NCBI GenBank assembly: GCA_036659455.1
Contig: JAVXCN010000001.1
Location: 9,261 to 73,260 of the forward strand
Length of the DNA: 64,000 bases
Direction: 5' to 3'
From: Victivallaceae bacterium
GTDB lineage: Bacteria > Chlamydiota > Chlamydiia > Chlamydiales > Chlamydiaceae
Shown: positions 21,535 through 31,204 of the stretch, piece after piece
How positions within the stretch are numbered: the stretch's first letter is position 1
Layout of the letters: the number at the start of each line of letters is the position of its first letter
Translations under genes and position numbers: made by a program
Notes under the pieces: generated by a model
Databases searched by the model: none
Told to the model about the DNA's origin: nothing
What the model saw: the letters and a program-made list of their open reading frames with translations, nothing else

Positions 21535-23361
21535 TTAATTCTCGATTAATGTCTCTAACAGTTGGATTTGAGTTTCGATAAAACGCATAGTTTCGTTTAA
21601 GGCATCGGGTTGAGTCATATCCACTCCGGCTTTCTTAAGTATATCGATAGAGAAAGCCGAACCGCCGCTTTTAAGGAAAGTCAGATATCTATCTACGGCA
21701 CCGGGTTCCTTATTGATGATTTTTTGAGAAAAACATAAGGCGGCACTGATGCCGGTCGCGTATTGATAAACGTAAAAATTGTAATAGAAATGAGGGATTC
21801 GCGCCCATTCCATAGTCGATTCGGGATTCGTAACGATGACGGAACCTAGGTATTTCTTGAGTGTTTGTTCATAAATTGAGGAAAGAGTCATTGCGGTAAG
21901 GGTTTCGTTTTTTTCGACTGCATTATGGATTTTCAACTCGAAATCGGCAAACATCGTCTGTCTGAATAAAGTCGAAAAAATCGTATCCAATTGCCTACTG
22001 ATATAAGAAATTTTTTGTTTGATATCGGTTGAATGTTCCGTGAGATATTTGGAGTAAAAAATTTCATTGAAAGTTGAAGCGATTTCCGCCAGAAAAAGAG
22101 GATACCCGGCATCGTGACAAGATTGGTTATGTCGACTTAAATAAGAATGCATGCTGTGTCCCGCCTCGTGAGCTAAAATGGAACCGTCGTAAACGGAACC
22201 TTTAAAGTTCAGAAGAATGTAAGGGAGAGTATCGTAACTTCCCGAAGAATAAGCTCCGGATCGTTTGTTTTTATTTTCGTATTTATCTACCCAGCGGTCG
22301 GTCGTAATCCCTTTTTTGAGAATTTCCGTATATTCAGGCCCTAAAATACTTAAAGACTTAACTATGATATCTACGGCTTCGTCATAAGTTAAGGTTGCCG
22401 CATCTTCGGTCAAAACCAAAGGAGCGTATATGTCATAAGGTTTCATTTCGTCGATTTTCAGATACCTTTTTTTTAGGTTCATATATCGATCAAATAGATG
22501 AACGTGATTCTGACAAACGTCGATCAAATTATGATAAACGCTTTCAGGAATATTGTTTGCGAACAAAGATGCAGCAAGACAGGAAGGAAATTTTCGGGCC
22601 TGAGCCTTAAAAAAGTGAGCACTTATTTGTCCATAAAGTAATTGAGCGAAAGTGTCCTTATAATTTTGATATCTTGAAAGCATGGACAGATAACAATTTT
22701 TTCTTAATTCCCTATCCGGCGATTGCATATAAAGGGTAGCGAAACCGTGAGACATAGGAAGTTCTTCGTTCTTGGAATTTTTTACGATACCAAACGGAAT
22801 TTCGGAGTCGTTAAGATTGGAAAAAGCACTTTCGAGCGCACTTAACGGGATTTGTGAGGAAGCCAATATTTTTTCTTCATTTTCGGTTCCCGTATGAAGG
22901 GCCGTTCTAAAAATCTTTTCGAGAAAAAAGGAATAAGTTTTTAATTGATCCGAATTTTTTAGATGAGTGATTGTTTCTTTCGATAAAGCCGTCAACGCAG
23001 GTTTAATCCAGGAAGTTTCCTTAGTGAAATTATTGTGCAGGACTGATATTTCTTGGAAAACCTCTGTATTGACTGAGTTAGTAAGATCTTGATCATGAAG
23101 AAGATGAGCGTATATATAAAGTTTATCTAATGTTCTGTCGATCGAAAAAAGTTTTTCGAGCAAGCCTAGAACGGAATCGGGATCGGTTACGTCATAGCAT
23201 TCCGATTTTAAGGAGGGCCAATAGGGCTCTCTTTTCGATTCCTTAATTTCATCGAAAGCTTTTTTCCATTCGGATAAATTATCGTACAGTACCTCAATGT
23301 TCCAGGTATTCGAAGATGAGACCTCATCCCTCGTAATGATTTGATCGATTGCAATTGTCAT
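21535..23361 (-). CDS. pepF: Oligoendopeptidase F (M3B metallopeptidase)
   Basis: HEAGHSMH zinc motif and M3B-like length. ATG 23361 (MTIAIDQII) is the likely start. The ORF opens at 23421. Confidence 0.88.
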   Translation of the reverse strand: MTIAIDQIITRDEVSSSNTWNIEVLYDNLSEWKKAFDEIKESKREPYWPSLKSECYDVTDPDSVLGLLEKLFSIDRTLDKLYIYAHLLHDQDLTNSVNTEVFQEISVLHNNFTKETSWIKPALTALSKETITHLKNSDQLKTYSFFLEKIFRTALHTGTENEEKILASSQIPLSALESAFSNLNDSEIPFGIVKNSKNEELPMSHGFATLYMQSPDRELRKNCYLSMLSRYQNYKDTFAQLLYGQISAHFFKAQARKFPSCLAASLFANNIPESVYHNLIDVCQNHVHLFDRYMNLKKRYLKIDEMKPYDIYAPLVLTEDAATLTYDEAVDIIVKSLSILGPEYTEILKKGITTDRWVDKYENKNKRSGAYSSGSYDTLPYILLNFKGSVYDGSILAHEAGHSMHSYLSRHNQSCHDAGYPLFLAEIASTFNEIFYSKYLTEHSTDIKQKISYISRQLDTIFSTLFRQTMFADFELKIHNAVEKNETLTAMTLSSIYEQTLKKYLGSVIVTNPESTMEWARIPHFYYNFYVYQYATGISAALCFSQKIINKEPGAVDRYLTFLKSGGSAFSIDILKKAGVDMTQPDALNETMRFIETQIQLLETLIEN

Positions 23362-23436
23362 AGGTTGTGTCTCTCGGAATATCAAAAAGGAAATTCTAAC
23401 GAAAAAACATTTTCCAATCAATTCAAGGCGGCTCGA

Positions 23437-23889
23437 TTAATCTTCGTAGGGGATTGTTTTTTCGAAAACGTCACTGACGCAATAGATAGGAACATCATAT
23501 ATTAGGGAAAGAATAATACCGTCGCTGGGTCTTGCATCCGTATCGGTCGTATGTAAGATTCCATCTTTGATCTGCTCAACGAAGAGACGTGAAAAAAACA
23601 CCTTATTTTCGTAATTATTGATAATTAACTGAACGACCTTAGCATCGAGACCGTTTAAAAGATAGTTAATCAAAGTGTGAGTTGAAGGACGTTTTTCTTC
23701 GGCAGGTAAGGATTGAATAAGTTGTCCGGCTAAAGGATTAACGTAAATTGCAAATTTTTTGGAATCATTGCCGAGTATAATGCCGGCATGGTTCCGAAAC
23801 CGGACGAGTTTATGAAAAGCAACCGGAATCAGGATTTTATTTTGCACACTTTCCAAATCGTTAAACATATTCATATCAGACCGATTCAA
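23437..23889 (-). CDS. Bifunctional-nuclease (BFN/DUF151) domain protein
   Basis: FAIYVNPLAGQLI...RPSTHTL...DARPSDGIILSL...PIYC matches the BFN-domain pattern. The TTG start overlaps the rpiA stop (TTGA). Confidence 0.7.
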   Translation of the reverse strand: MNRSDMNMFNDLESVQNKILIPVAFHKLVRFRNHAGIILGNDSKKFAIYVNPLAGQLIQSLPAEEKRPSTHTLINYLLNGLDAKVVQLIINNYENKVFFSRLFVEQIKDGILHTTDTDARPSDGIILSLIYDVPIYCVSDVFEKTIPYED

Positions 23890-24584
23890 TTTTTAAAATT
23901 AAAAGTGCCATCGAAAAAACCGATTAATATATCGGCTTTTTCCAAGAAAAATCCCGTTTCGATGACTCCGCTAACGGTTTTCAGAATAATATCGTCTTCG
24001 CCGGGAGAAGGGAAATAGGAAGGAAAATTTACGTCGAATATAAAATTTCCGTTATCGGTTATGAAAGGCCTTCCTGAAGAATGCATACGTTGTTTCCCTT
24101 GATAACCTCGTTTGAGCAATTCGTTTACGGTAGCGGCAAATCCAAAAGGCAAAACCTCTAAAGGAAGACCGTTTTTTTCTCCCAATCGTTCGACTTCTTT
24201 GGATTCATCGGCGATGATAAGTCTTCGTTTAGCCGAACGGAGGACGACTTTTTCTCGAGTAAATGCTCCCCCCCCTCCTTTAATCAGGTGTCCGTCAGGA
24301 TCGATTTCATCTGCTCCATCTACTGAAAAGTCTATGTTTACGAATGCATTGTCATCTAAAATTTCAAGTCCTCCGGAAAGAGCCTTCATTTTGGAGTCCT
24401 CCGACGATGCAACCGTCTTGAAACATAAACCTTCTTCACGTTTTTTTTCGATTAAGGCCGTAATAAAATATGCACAAGTGGAACCCGTCCCCAGACCTAC
24501 GATCATACCGTCGGAAACAAAATTTGCGGCTGTTTGACCTAGCTTTCGTTTTATCTCTTGAGTTGTCTCAACACTGCGTTTCAA
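23886..24584 (-). CDS. rpiA: Ribose-5-phosphate isomerase A
   Basis: GLGTGST, VDGADEIDP and KGGGGAFTREK motifs. Confidence 0.9.
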   Translation of the reverse strand: MKRSVETTQEIKRKLGQTAANFVSDGMIVGLGTGSTCAYFITALIEKKREEGLCFKTVASSEDSKMKALSGGLEILDDNAFVNIDFSVDGADEIDPDGHLIKGGGGAFTREKVVLRSAKRRLIIADESKEVERLGEKNGLPLEVLPFGFAATVNELLKRGYQGKQRMHSSGRPFITDNGNFIFDVNFPSYFPSPGEDDIILKTVSGVIETGFFLEKADILIGFFDGTFNFKN

Positions 24585-24679
24585 TCGGCACCATAGTAAA
24601 TATTATCGGACATAACGGAAAAGACGTTCGCAAGGCGAAGTGTAACCGTTTTTTTTCATCGGTTCAACAATTTTTCTAT

Positions 24680-25435
24680 TTAAAAAGGATTATCCGTATC
24701 GATAAGCACCAGAGGTATATTCAGGTCACGATTCAAATGGTTCATCAGACCTTTAATGCCGACTTTTTCCGTAGCGGAATGTCCGAAAGCCAAGAAATTG
24801 ATTTTGTTTTCTTTGGCCAAAGACCATGCGGGTTCGTCGAACGAACCGGTAATATGGCAGTCGCATCCCAAAGAAGCCGAATGCACGATTTCCCTATAAC
24901 CGTTACCAGCAAGCAAGGACACTTTCGCAACGATTTTATTTCCTTTGAGCACCGCTGTTTTTAAGGAAGTTTCGTAATACCGTTCCAGGATTGAAACAAA
25001 ATCCTCGATCGGTATCTGAGGTACATTGCCCATGACCCCTAATTGAGGAGAGTCGGAGCCGAAGGCCGTAGGATTTTGCCATCCGAGATCGTGCGCGACT
25101 TTCCAATTGTTTCCGAAGGTTAGCTCGGCGTCTAAGGGAAGATGATAAGCAACGAGAGAAAGATTGGCTTGCGATAACCTATCTATCCGAATTTTTTTAT
25201 AACCGATGATTCGTTGCGGTTCTCCTTTCCAAAACAATCCGTGATGAGTGATCAAAACATCTGCTTGTAGAGAAACGGCTTTTTCGATTGTTTCCAGATC
25301 GGCAGTTACGCCTAAAGCTATTTTGTTGATGGTTTGTTCGGGATCGCCGAATTGTATACCGTTTTCGCAGTAATCCTTAAAAAGCGATTCTGCCAGAAGA
25401 ACATTCAAATAATTGACGAGATCTTTCAATAACAC
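24680..25435 (-). CDS. Nif3-family dinuclear metal protein (GTP cyclohydrolase 1 type 2 homolog)
   Basis: DVLITHHGLFW, AYHLPLD and FGHSATE blocks. Confidence 0.85.
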   Translation of the reverse strand: MLLKDLVNYLNVLLAESLFKDYCENGIQFGDPEQTINKIALGVTADLETIEKAVSLQADVLITHHGLFWKGEPQRIIGYKKIRIDRLSQANLSLVAYHLPLDAELTFGNNWKVAHDLGWQNPTAFGSDSPQLGVMGNVPQIPIEDFVSILERYYETSLKTAVLKGNKIVAKVSLLAGNGYREIVHSASLGCDCHITGSFDEPAWSLAKENKINFLAFGHSATEKVGIKGLMNHLNRDLNIPLVLIDTDNPF

Positions 25436-25629
25436 GGTGACCGAAGATTTTTAGGGATTTATGATTTTCTTTCATACGAAGCAACCCGATTGTACTCTTT
25501 TGAAATTTCACGATCAATCCGATTTACGGATCGACATTGTCGTTTTGATTTCACTCAATTTTTTTTCTTTGATAAAAGGATTACATTAATGTATTTTTCG
25601 TTTTTACCGTGTCTTTCTAACGGTAAACA

Positions 25630-26226
25630 ATGTCTGAAAGAATCGGGAGTTCAGTGATGTCGAAAATTCCGTATGCGTCTTTGGAAAAGGGCGCTTTTTT
25701 AGTTGCTTCTCCTGATATGACACAAGGCGTCTTTTCTCGAAGTGTTATTCTGCTCTGCGAGCATAGCTTCGCCGGTTCTTTCGGATTGATTTTGAATAAG
25801 CTTTTATCTTTCGATGTTTCCGACGACGTATTTTCTCAAAATAAAGTGACGAACGGTTCCGTCCGTTTCTGTATGGGGGGCCCCATACAAGCCAATCAAA
25901 TGATGTTATTACATTCTTCGGAAGACAAATCCGCACAGGCTTTGGAAATCTGTCGGGGAGTTTATTTAGGTGGAGATGTTCCCTTTTTACAGGGATCCAT
26001 GTCCGATCCGAACGGTCCTTCATTATTCCTTTGTTTCGGATATTCAGGGTGGCAAAATGGGCAATTGGAGCGAGAATTTTTGGATGGAAACTGGCTGCTT
26101 TCGCCTGCTTCTTCCGAATACGTATTTCAGTCGGATCCGGGTGAACTTTGGTCGATGATTCTGAGGGACTTAGGAGGTAAATATGCTTCTTTTTCAACGG
26201 TTCCCGAAGATATCTTCCTGAACTGA
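25630..26226 (+). CDS. YqgE/AlgH family protein (UPF0301)
   Basis: GAFLVASPDM..GVFSRSVILLCEHS..GSFGLILNK...GGPI...GYSGWQNGQLE is the family pattern. Confidence 0.85.
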   Translation: MSERIGSSVMSKIPYASLEKGAFLVASPDMTQGVFSRSVILLCEHSFAGSFGLILNKLLSFDVSDDVFSQNKVTNGSVRFCMGGPIQANQMMLLHSSEDKSAQALEICRGVYLGGDVPFLQGSMSDPNGPSLFLCFGYSGWQNGQLEREFLDGNWLLSPASSEYVFQSDPGELWSMILRDLGGKYASFSTVPEDIFLN

Positions 26227-26242
26227 TGATTAGGAGGTTGTT

Positions 26243-27532
26243 TTGCCGGTAGCCGATGTTGTCGATTGTTCCGAGAATTATTTTTCCAAAGCCGTTGCCG
26301 TGATGCCCGGAGGGGTGAGTTCTCCCGTAAGGGCCTTTATGGGATTGGGTATCATACCTCCCATATTGCATTCCGCGTTTGAAGATCAATGGACGTGTGT
26401 TAACGGTAATCGGTATATCGATTATTGCGGTTCTTGGGGAGCTTTGATTAACGGACATGCACACCCTCAAATAATAGATGCCGTTACGGAAGCTGCCGAG
26501 AAAGGCACTTCCTACGGTTTGACTTCTCTTAAAGAGATCGAGTTTGCGGAGTACATAGTGAGTTTGCTTCCTTTCGTCGATAAAGTTCGATTTGCCGCTT
26601 CCGGAACGGAGGCAGCCATGACTGCTATTCGCATGGCAAGAGCTTATACCGGTAAAAGGCTTGTCGTGAAATTTCAAGGTCATTATCACGGTCATTCCGA
26701 TGTTTTATCGGAACAGGCAGGTTCCTTTTTGTTGCATAAGAAAGGAAGCGGTACTTTTTCTTCCGAGTCCGAAATCGTAGTGTTGCCCTACAATGATTTC
26801 GAAGTTTTTTCATCGTTTATGAGTGAAAGAGGGGATTCCGTTGCCGGAGTGATTTTTGAGCCGGTTTCAGCGAATATGGGTGTCGTTCTTCCCAAACCGG
26901 GATTTTTGAAGCATGTTACGGACAGTAATCGAAATTATGGTATCGTGACTATTGCCGATGAAGTTGTTACCGGTTTTCGTTTGGGTCTTTTGGGAGCACG
27001 TAGTTGTTACGATTTCACCTCTGACCTTACTCTTTTCGGTAAAATCATCGGAGGCGGTCTTCCCGTAGCTGCGATAGGAGGTAAAGCGGAATTCATGGAT
27101 GTCTTGATGCCGTTAGGGAACGTGTTTCATGCCGGGACTTTTTCCGGTAATCCTTTAGGAGCCAGTGCAGGGATGGCTAATCTGATGCTTTGTTCGGAAC
27201 CGGATTTTTATGAATCTCTTGAAAAAAAGACGAATCGGTTTCTTGAACCCATAGAGAATTTTATCGTTGAACGTGATCTTCCCGTTAGAGTCGTCAGAAA
27301 AGGTTCCATGTTTTGTTTTCGATTTACTTCGAAAAACGTATCAAATTTTGAAGGAGTTGAGCAATGCGATGCAGGACTTTTTAAAGATTTTTTTTTAAAA
27401 ATGTATGAAAAAGGGGTCTATCTTTCTCCTTCGGTATTTGAAACCGGTTTCGTTTCGTCAGCCCATTCCGATTTTAATTTGGATTATACGGTTGAAGTCG
27501 TTAGGACTTCTCTTGATGAGCTTTTCTTTTAG
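26243..27532 (+). CDS. hemL: Glutamate-1-semialdehyde 2,1-aminomutase
   Basis: MPGGVSSPVRAF, the DEV.TGFR block and the PLP-lysine block FGKIIGGGLP. AGGAGG lies 6 nt upstream of the TTG start. Confidence 0.9.
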   Translation: MPVADVVDCSENYFSKAVAVMPGGVSSPVRAFMGLGIIPPILHSAFEDQWTCVNGNRYIDYCGSWGALINGHAHPQIIDAVTEAAEKGTSYGLTSLKEIEFAEYIVSLLPFVDKVRFAASGTEAAMTAIRMARAYTGKRLVVKFQGHYHGHSDVLSEQAGSFLLHKKGSGTFSSESEIVVLPYNDFEVFSSFMSERGDSVAGVIFEPVSANMGVVLPKPGFLKHVTDSNRNYGIVTIADEVVTGFRLGLLGARSCYDFTSDLTLFGKIIGGGLPVAAIGGKAEFMDVLMPLGNVFHAGTFSGNPLGASAGMANLMLCSEPDFYESLEKKTNRFLEPIENFIVERDLPVRVVRKGSMFCFRFTSKNVSNFEGVEQCDAGLFKDFFLKMYEKGVYLSPSVFETGFVSSAHSDFNLDYTVEVVRTSLDELFF

Positions 27533-27600
27533 TCATTTTTTTATTTTAAGAAACTTTTATTATTTTTAATTTTTTAGATATATAATCCCTTATTCTTGTT

Positions 27601-28401
27601 TTGGTGATTATGTTTTGTTTTATTCGAAAAATTCTTAATTTTATTTTCGATTTAAGCTTTCGCTTTTTTTCTTCCGTCGGCGAGAGATTTCTATTTATTT
27701 TTCGTTTGTTTAAAAGAAATCGTTTAGGAGTTTCCAGAGGTGTGATGATCATGGAACAAAGTTTCGAGATCGGCGTTAAATCGATCCTTCCCGTTTCGAT
27801 CACCGGATTATTCACCGGATTAGTGTTATCGGCTCAATCTTATTGTCAGGTGGGCAGCAGCTTACCGGAGGCGGTGGGATTTTTCGTCACCAAAAGCATG
27901 TTAGTCGAAATAGGTCCTGTTTTAACGGCGATGGTTATGGTAGGACGTGTAGGGGCTTCTTTAGCCGCTTTTCTGGGGACTATGTGCATTACGGAACAGG
28001 TAACCGCCATGAAAAGCATGGGAGTCGATCCCTTACAATATTTCGTTTTCCCGAGGGTGATAGCCGGTATGATCTGCATGCCCGTTTTATCCGTACTTTC
28101 GGCTTGGATCGGTATTCTTATGGGATACGTTCTCTGTATTTCCGCTTTTCGTTTCACTTCCTTAACATACTGGAGCATGGTGATTGGGAAGATCGGTTTT
28201 ACCGATGTCTTTCTTTTATTTTTGAAATCATGGATTTTCGGTTTATTGATTATCTCAACGGCTTGTTTTCAGGGATTGAGAGTAGGAGAAAGTTCTTCCG
28301 ACGTCGGGAACGTAACTACCGAAAGCGTCGTTTTTTCTTATATCGGAGTATTGGTCGTTAATTGTATTTTAACCTTTATTTTCAACTCGATATTTGGATG
28401 A
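27601..28401 (+). CDS. mlaE: MlaE-family ABC transporter permease
   Basis: MEQSFEIGVKSILPVSITGLFTGLVLSAQS... with 5-6 TM. Followed by the ATPase and an MCE protein. Confidence 0.85.
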   Translation: MVIMFCFIRKILNFIFDLSFRFFSSVGERFLFIFRLFKRNRLGVSRGVMIMEQSFEIGVKSILPVSITGLFTGLVLSAQSYCQVGSSLPEAVGFFVTKSMLVEIGPVLTAMVMVGRVGASLAAFLGTMCITEQVTAMKSMGVDPLQYFVFPRVIAGMICMPVLSVLSAWIGILMGYVLCISAFRFTSLTYWSMVIGKIGFTDVFLLFLKSWIFGLLIISTACFQGLRVGESSSDVGNVTTESVVFSYIGVLVVNCILTFIFNSIFG

Positions 28402-28404
28402 GGC

Positions 28405-29163
28405 ATGGCACTTAAACCTATCGTTCGCTTAGAAAACATAACGAAAAATTTTCACGGTCGTCATGTGTTGGATGATTTGAGTCTTGAAATTTTCCGGGGA
28501 GAAATTTTGGTTATTTTAGGAAAATCGGGTTCCGGAAAAAGCGTTCTTTTAAGACAGATCATGAGTCTGGAAGCTCCGGATTCGGGAAGAGTCGTTTATG
28601 ATCCCGGATTATTGGATGCTTCCGGTAAGCCGGACTTCGGAAAAATAGGATTGGTTTTTCAGGGGGGAGCACTTTTCGATTTCATGTCCGTTTTGGATAA
28701 TGTGGCTTTTTATTTAACCGTTCATTGCGGAAAAAAAAATCGCAAATTGAGTGATCGGGAAATCGGTGAGCGTGCTTTCGAAGCTTTAACTTGGGTAGGT
28801 CTTCAAGAAGCAGCTACCCTGTTTCCCTCTCAATTGTCCGGAGGAATGAGAAAAAGAGTGGCTTTGGCACGATCGGTGGTTTACAATCCCGAAGTGCTTT
28901 TGTATGACGAACCGACGGCTGGACTGGATCCCGTTACGGGGGGGGGGATCGGGAGATTCATTCGAAATTTAAGAGATGAAAAAGGAATTACCGGTGTCGT
29001 AGTCACTCACGAGTTGGATTTGGCCATTTTTTTGGCGGATAGAATTGCTTTTCATTCTGAGGGTAGAATCGTTTATTTGTCCGATAAGGAAAATTTTTTT
29101 AACAGCAGGGATCCGGCGGTTACGGAATTTCTGTCTAAATATCGTCATGAGACTCTTGTATGA
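28405..29163 (+). CDS. mlaF: MlaF-family ABC transporter ATP-binding protein
   Basis: Walker A GKSGSGKS, signature LSGGMRKRVALARS and Walker B LLYDEPTAGLDP. Contains a G10 run at 28938-28947. Confidence 0.9.
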   Translation: MALKPIVRLENITKNFHGRHVLDDLSLEIFRGEILVILGKSGSGKSVLLRQIMSLEAPDSGRVVYDPGLLDASGKPDFGKIGLVFQGGALFDFMSVLDNVAFYLTVHCGKKNRKLSDREIGERAFEALTWVGLQEAATLFPSQLSGGMRKRVALARSVVYNPEVLLYDEPTAGLDPVTGGGIGRFIRNLRDEKGITGVVVTHELDLAIFLADRIAFHSEGRIVYLSDKENFFNSRDPAVTEFLSKYRHETLV

Positions 29164-29918
29164 ATAATAAGAAGGAATATAAACCGTTTTTTCTGGGAAT
29201 TTTTTTCTGTCTCGGAGTTTTTATGCTGATTTTGCCGTTAGTCTTGTTTCGATCTTCTTTTGCTACCGGAGGTAACGTCTTTATGGTGAGATTTACGGAT
29301 ATCAGCGGAGTGTCCGAAGGTGCTCCCGTTTATTTTGCCGGAAAACCGGTGGGTAAGGTTGCAGAGATTAAAAACATAATCGATTTAGGTGAGAAAGATT
29401 CCGAAGGATATCTGTATTGTCATGAATTGATTTTGAAAATCGAACCGGAAACCGTTATTCTTCCTTTAGATGAAATTACCTTGATTTTTCCCAGACTGAT
29501 AGGAGAAAAGGTCGTGAATATCTGTCCTAAAGATCCCGGAATACGAAAACTCTCCGAAGCCGTGCGGTTTTACGGAAAAAATTCCGATGTCTTTAAAAAG
29601 ACGGAAATTTTAATGGAACGTTTGGATCATGCTACAGGGGTTTTGGTTAATAATATCACTCTAATGACCGACGACGTATCCGCTTTGAGTGTCATCTGTT
29701 CCGAGTTCATTACCGATTTTAAAAAGAATAAAATACTTAAGGATGTGGCCGGCTTATTGGAAAATCGGAATCAAGATACCGAACGGCCTCTTAAAGGTTC
29801 GATAGCAGGTTTTTTGGAATCGATAGATAACATTAACGAGATTACTTCGGATATAAAAGACTACGGGCTGCTCTATCAGTACAATCGTGAATGGAAGAAA
29901 AAGAAGCGTTCTTCTTAA
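29160..29918 (+). CDS. mlaD: MlaD/MCE-domain substrate-binding protein
   Basis: N-terminal TM plus MCE block VRFTDISGVSEGAPVYFAGKPVGKVAEI. The ATGA overlaps mlaF. Confidence 0.8.
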   Translation: MNNKKEYKPFFLGIFFCLGVFMLILPLVLFRSSFATGGNVFMVRFTDISGVSEGAPVYFAGKPVGKVAEIKNIIDLGEKDSEGYLYCHELILKIEPETVILPLDEITLIFPRLIGEKVVNICPKDPGIRKLSEAVRFYGKNSDVFKKTEILMERLDHATGVLVNNITLMTDDVSALSVICSEFITDFKKNKILKDVAGLLENRNQDTERPLKGSIAGFLESIDNINEITSDIKDYGLLYQYNREWKKKKRSS

Positions 29919-30883
29919 AATCTTATCAATCCCGATGCTTTGACCGAATGTTTATTAATAAGGGCGGCTTCAACGTTAACGGAGACCAGGCTATTGGCAT
30001 AGAGACCGCAACCCACTGTCGTTCCGAAAGAAAAGCGATTTTTAAGAGAATTCAATTTTAACGAAACGTTTGTTAATTGTGCCGTTGCCGTCGGTGAGGG
30101 ACCTAAAAGGGGATTCGGCATCGTTAACGAAGGATAGAACGTTTTCTTATTCATATCGACCATGGCTTTGGAACAGGTGATTCCTAAATAAGGAGATAAA
30201 CAGCCTATATTTTCGGATAACGCGAAACCGAAACTCCATTCTTTATAATCCAAGTAGGTTTTTTTGAATTCTTCAAGATTGAATTGTGTGCTTCCCGTGT
30301 TCATTCCAATGCGATGGATTCGCGGTTTCGAATGGTTGTAAGCAAAACTCAATCCTACTATCGTATGGCAAATATGTTTGGCATATCTCAATCCCACGGT
30401 TTTATGACATCCCGATTTCGTTTCCAACTCGGCCGTACCGTTATTTACGAATACTTGTTTATTATCGAACGTACCGGAAAGATTAAAAAGATCGGAAGTT
30501 CCTTTAAGATTGAATTTAGAAGCTCCTAGGTTGAAAAACAAATCGAAATGTTTTCTAACGTTTAGAACAAAGTGACAGGAATTGGTATTAAGAGAAAATT
30601 TAATTACGTCTTTATGATAAGCGGGGTTCCATAATCCCGTTTCCGTAGCTTGCGAAGCGGCGGAAATCATTTTTCTGTCGAAAACGTAATCTCCGTGAAA
30701 ACCCAGGCGGTAATTTATAGTTTCAAACCATTTCGTGGATTCTCCGTAAGGATTTTCAGTTAATGAGCTATTGACATAAATGCTTCTATTTAAATTTAAA
30801 GTATCGGAAGGGTTTAAGGACGCGTAACTTGAGATGGGTTTGATTGCCGATAGCAATAACAACAAATAGGTAAACTTTTTCAT
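29915..30883 (-). CDS. Outer-membrane beta-barrel protein, chlamydial MOMP/PorB family
   Basis: Signal peptide MKKFTYLLLLLSAIKPISSYA, the MOMP-family hallmark RLGFHGDYVFDRKM, alternating beta-strand pattern and a C-terminal ...GLIRF. Confidence 0.75.
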   Translation of the reverse strand: MKKFTYLLLLLSAIKPISSYASLNPSDTLNLNRSIYVNSSLTENPYGESTKWFETINYRLGFHGDYVFDRKMISAASQATETGLWNPAYHKDVIKFSLNTNSCHFVLNVRKHFDLFFNLGASKFNLKGTSDLFNLSGTFDNKQVFVNNGTAELETKSGCHKTVGLRYAKHICHTIVGLSFAYNHSKPRIHRIGMNTGSTQFNLEEFKKTYLDYKEWSFGFALSENIGCLSPYLGITCSKAMVDMNKKTFYPSLTMPNPLLGPSPTATAQLTNVSLKLNSLKNRFSFGTTVGCGLYANSLVSVNVEAALINKHSVKASGLIRF

Positions 30884-31204
30884 GAATTGATAAAATTACT
30901 AACTTGTTTTTAAAATTCGACTATCTATATGTGTAAGTATTTATTACAAGTTTTTTCCATAAATTCAATGAATAAAATTCCATCCACCTAAGTTAAGTAA
31001 AATTCAAGAGAAAGACGACCGGCTTTTATCAAGATTTATTTCGGTAACGAGGAAGATTATGGGATGCTGAAATAAAATCCGATACGGGATTGATTATCGT
31101 TGAAAAGTTAAATAATAGATGTTTTATTTTATATAGTCGGGTTGTTTCTCCGATGAATAACCTTTCGTATTTGTGATAAAGTCATTTGAGCAGGGATATT
31201 TTAA

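Noticed and set aside
25745-26695. 316-aa minus-strand ORF spanning the yqgE-hemL junction.
   Set aside because: It is antisense to two well-supported genes (YqgE family and hemL). Its product is Arg/Ser/Pro-rich with no motif. It is a typical shadow ORF.
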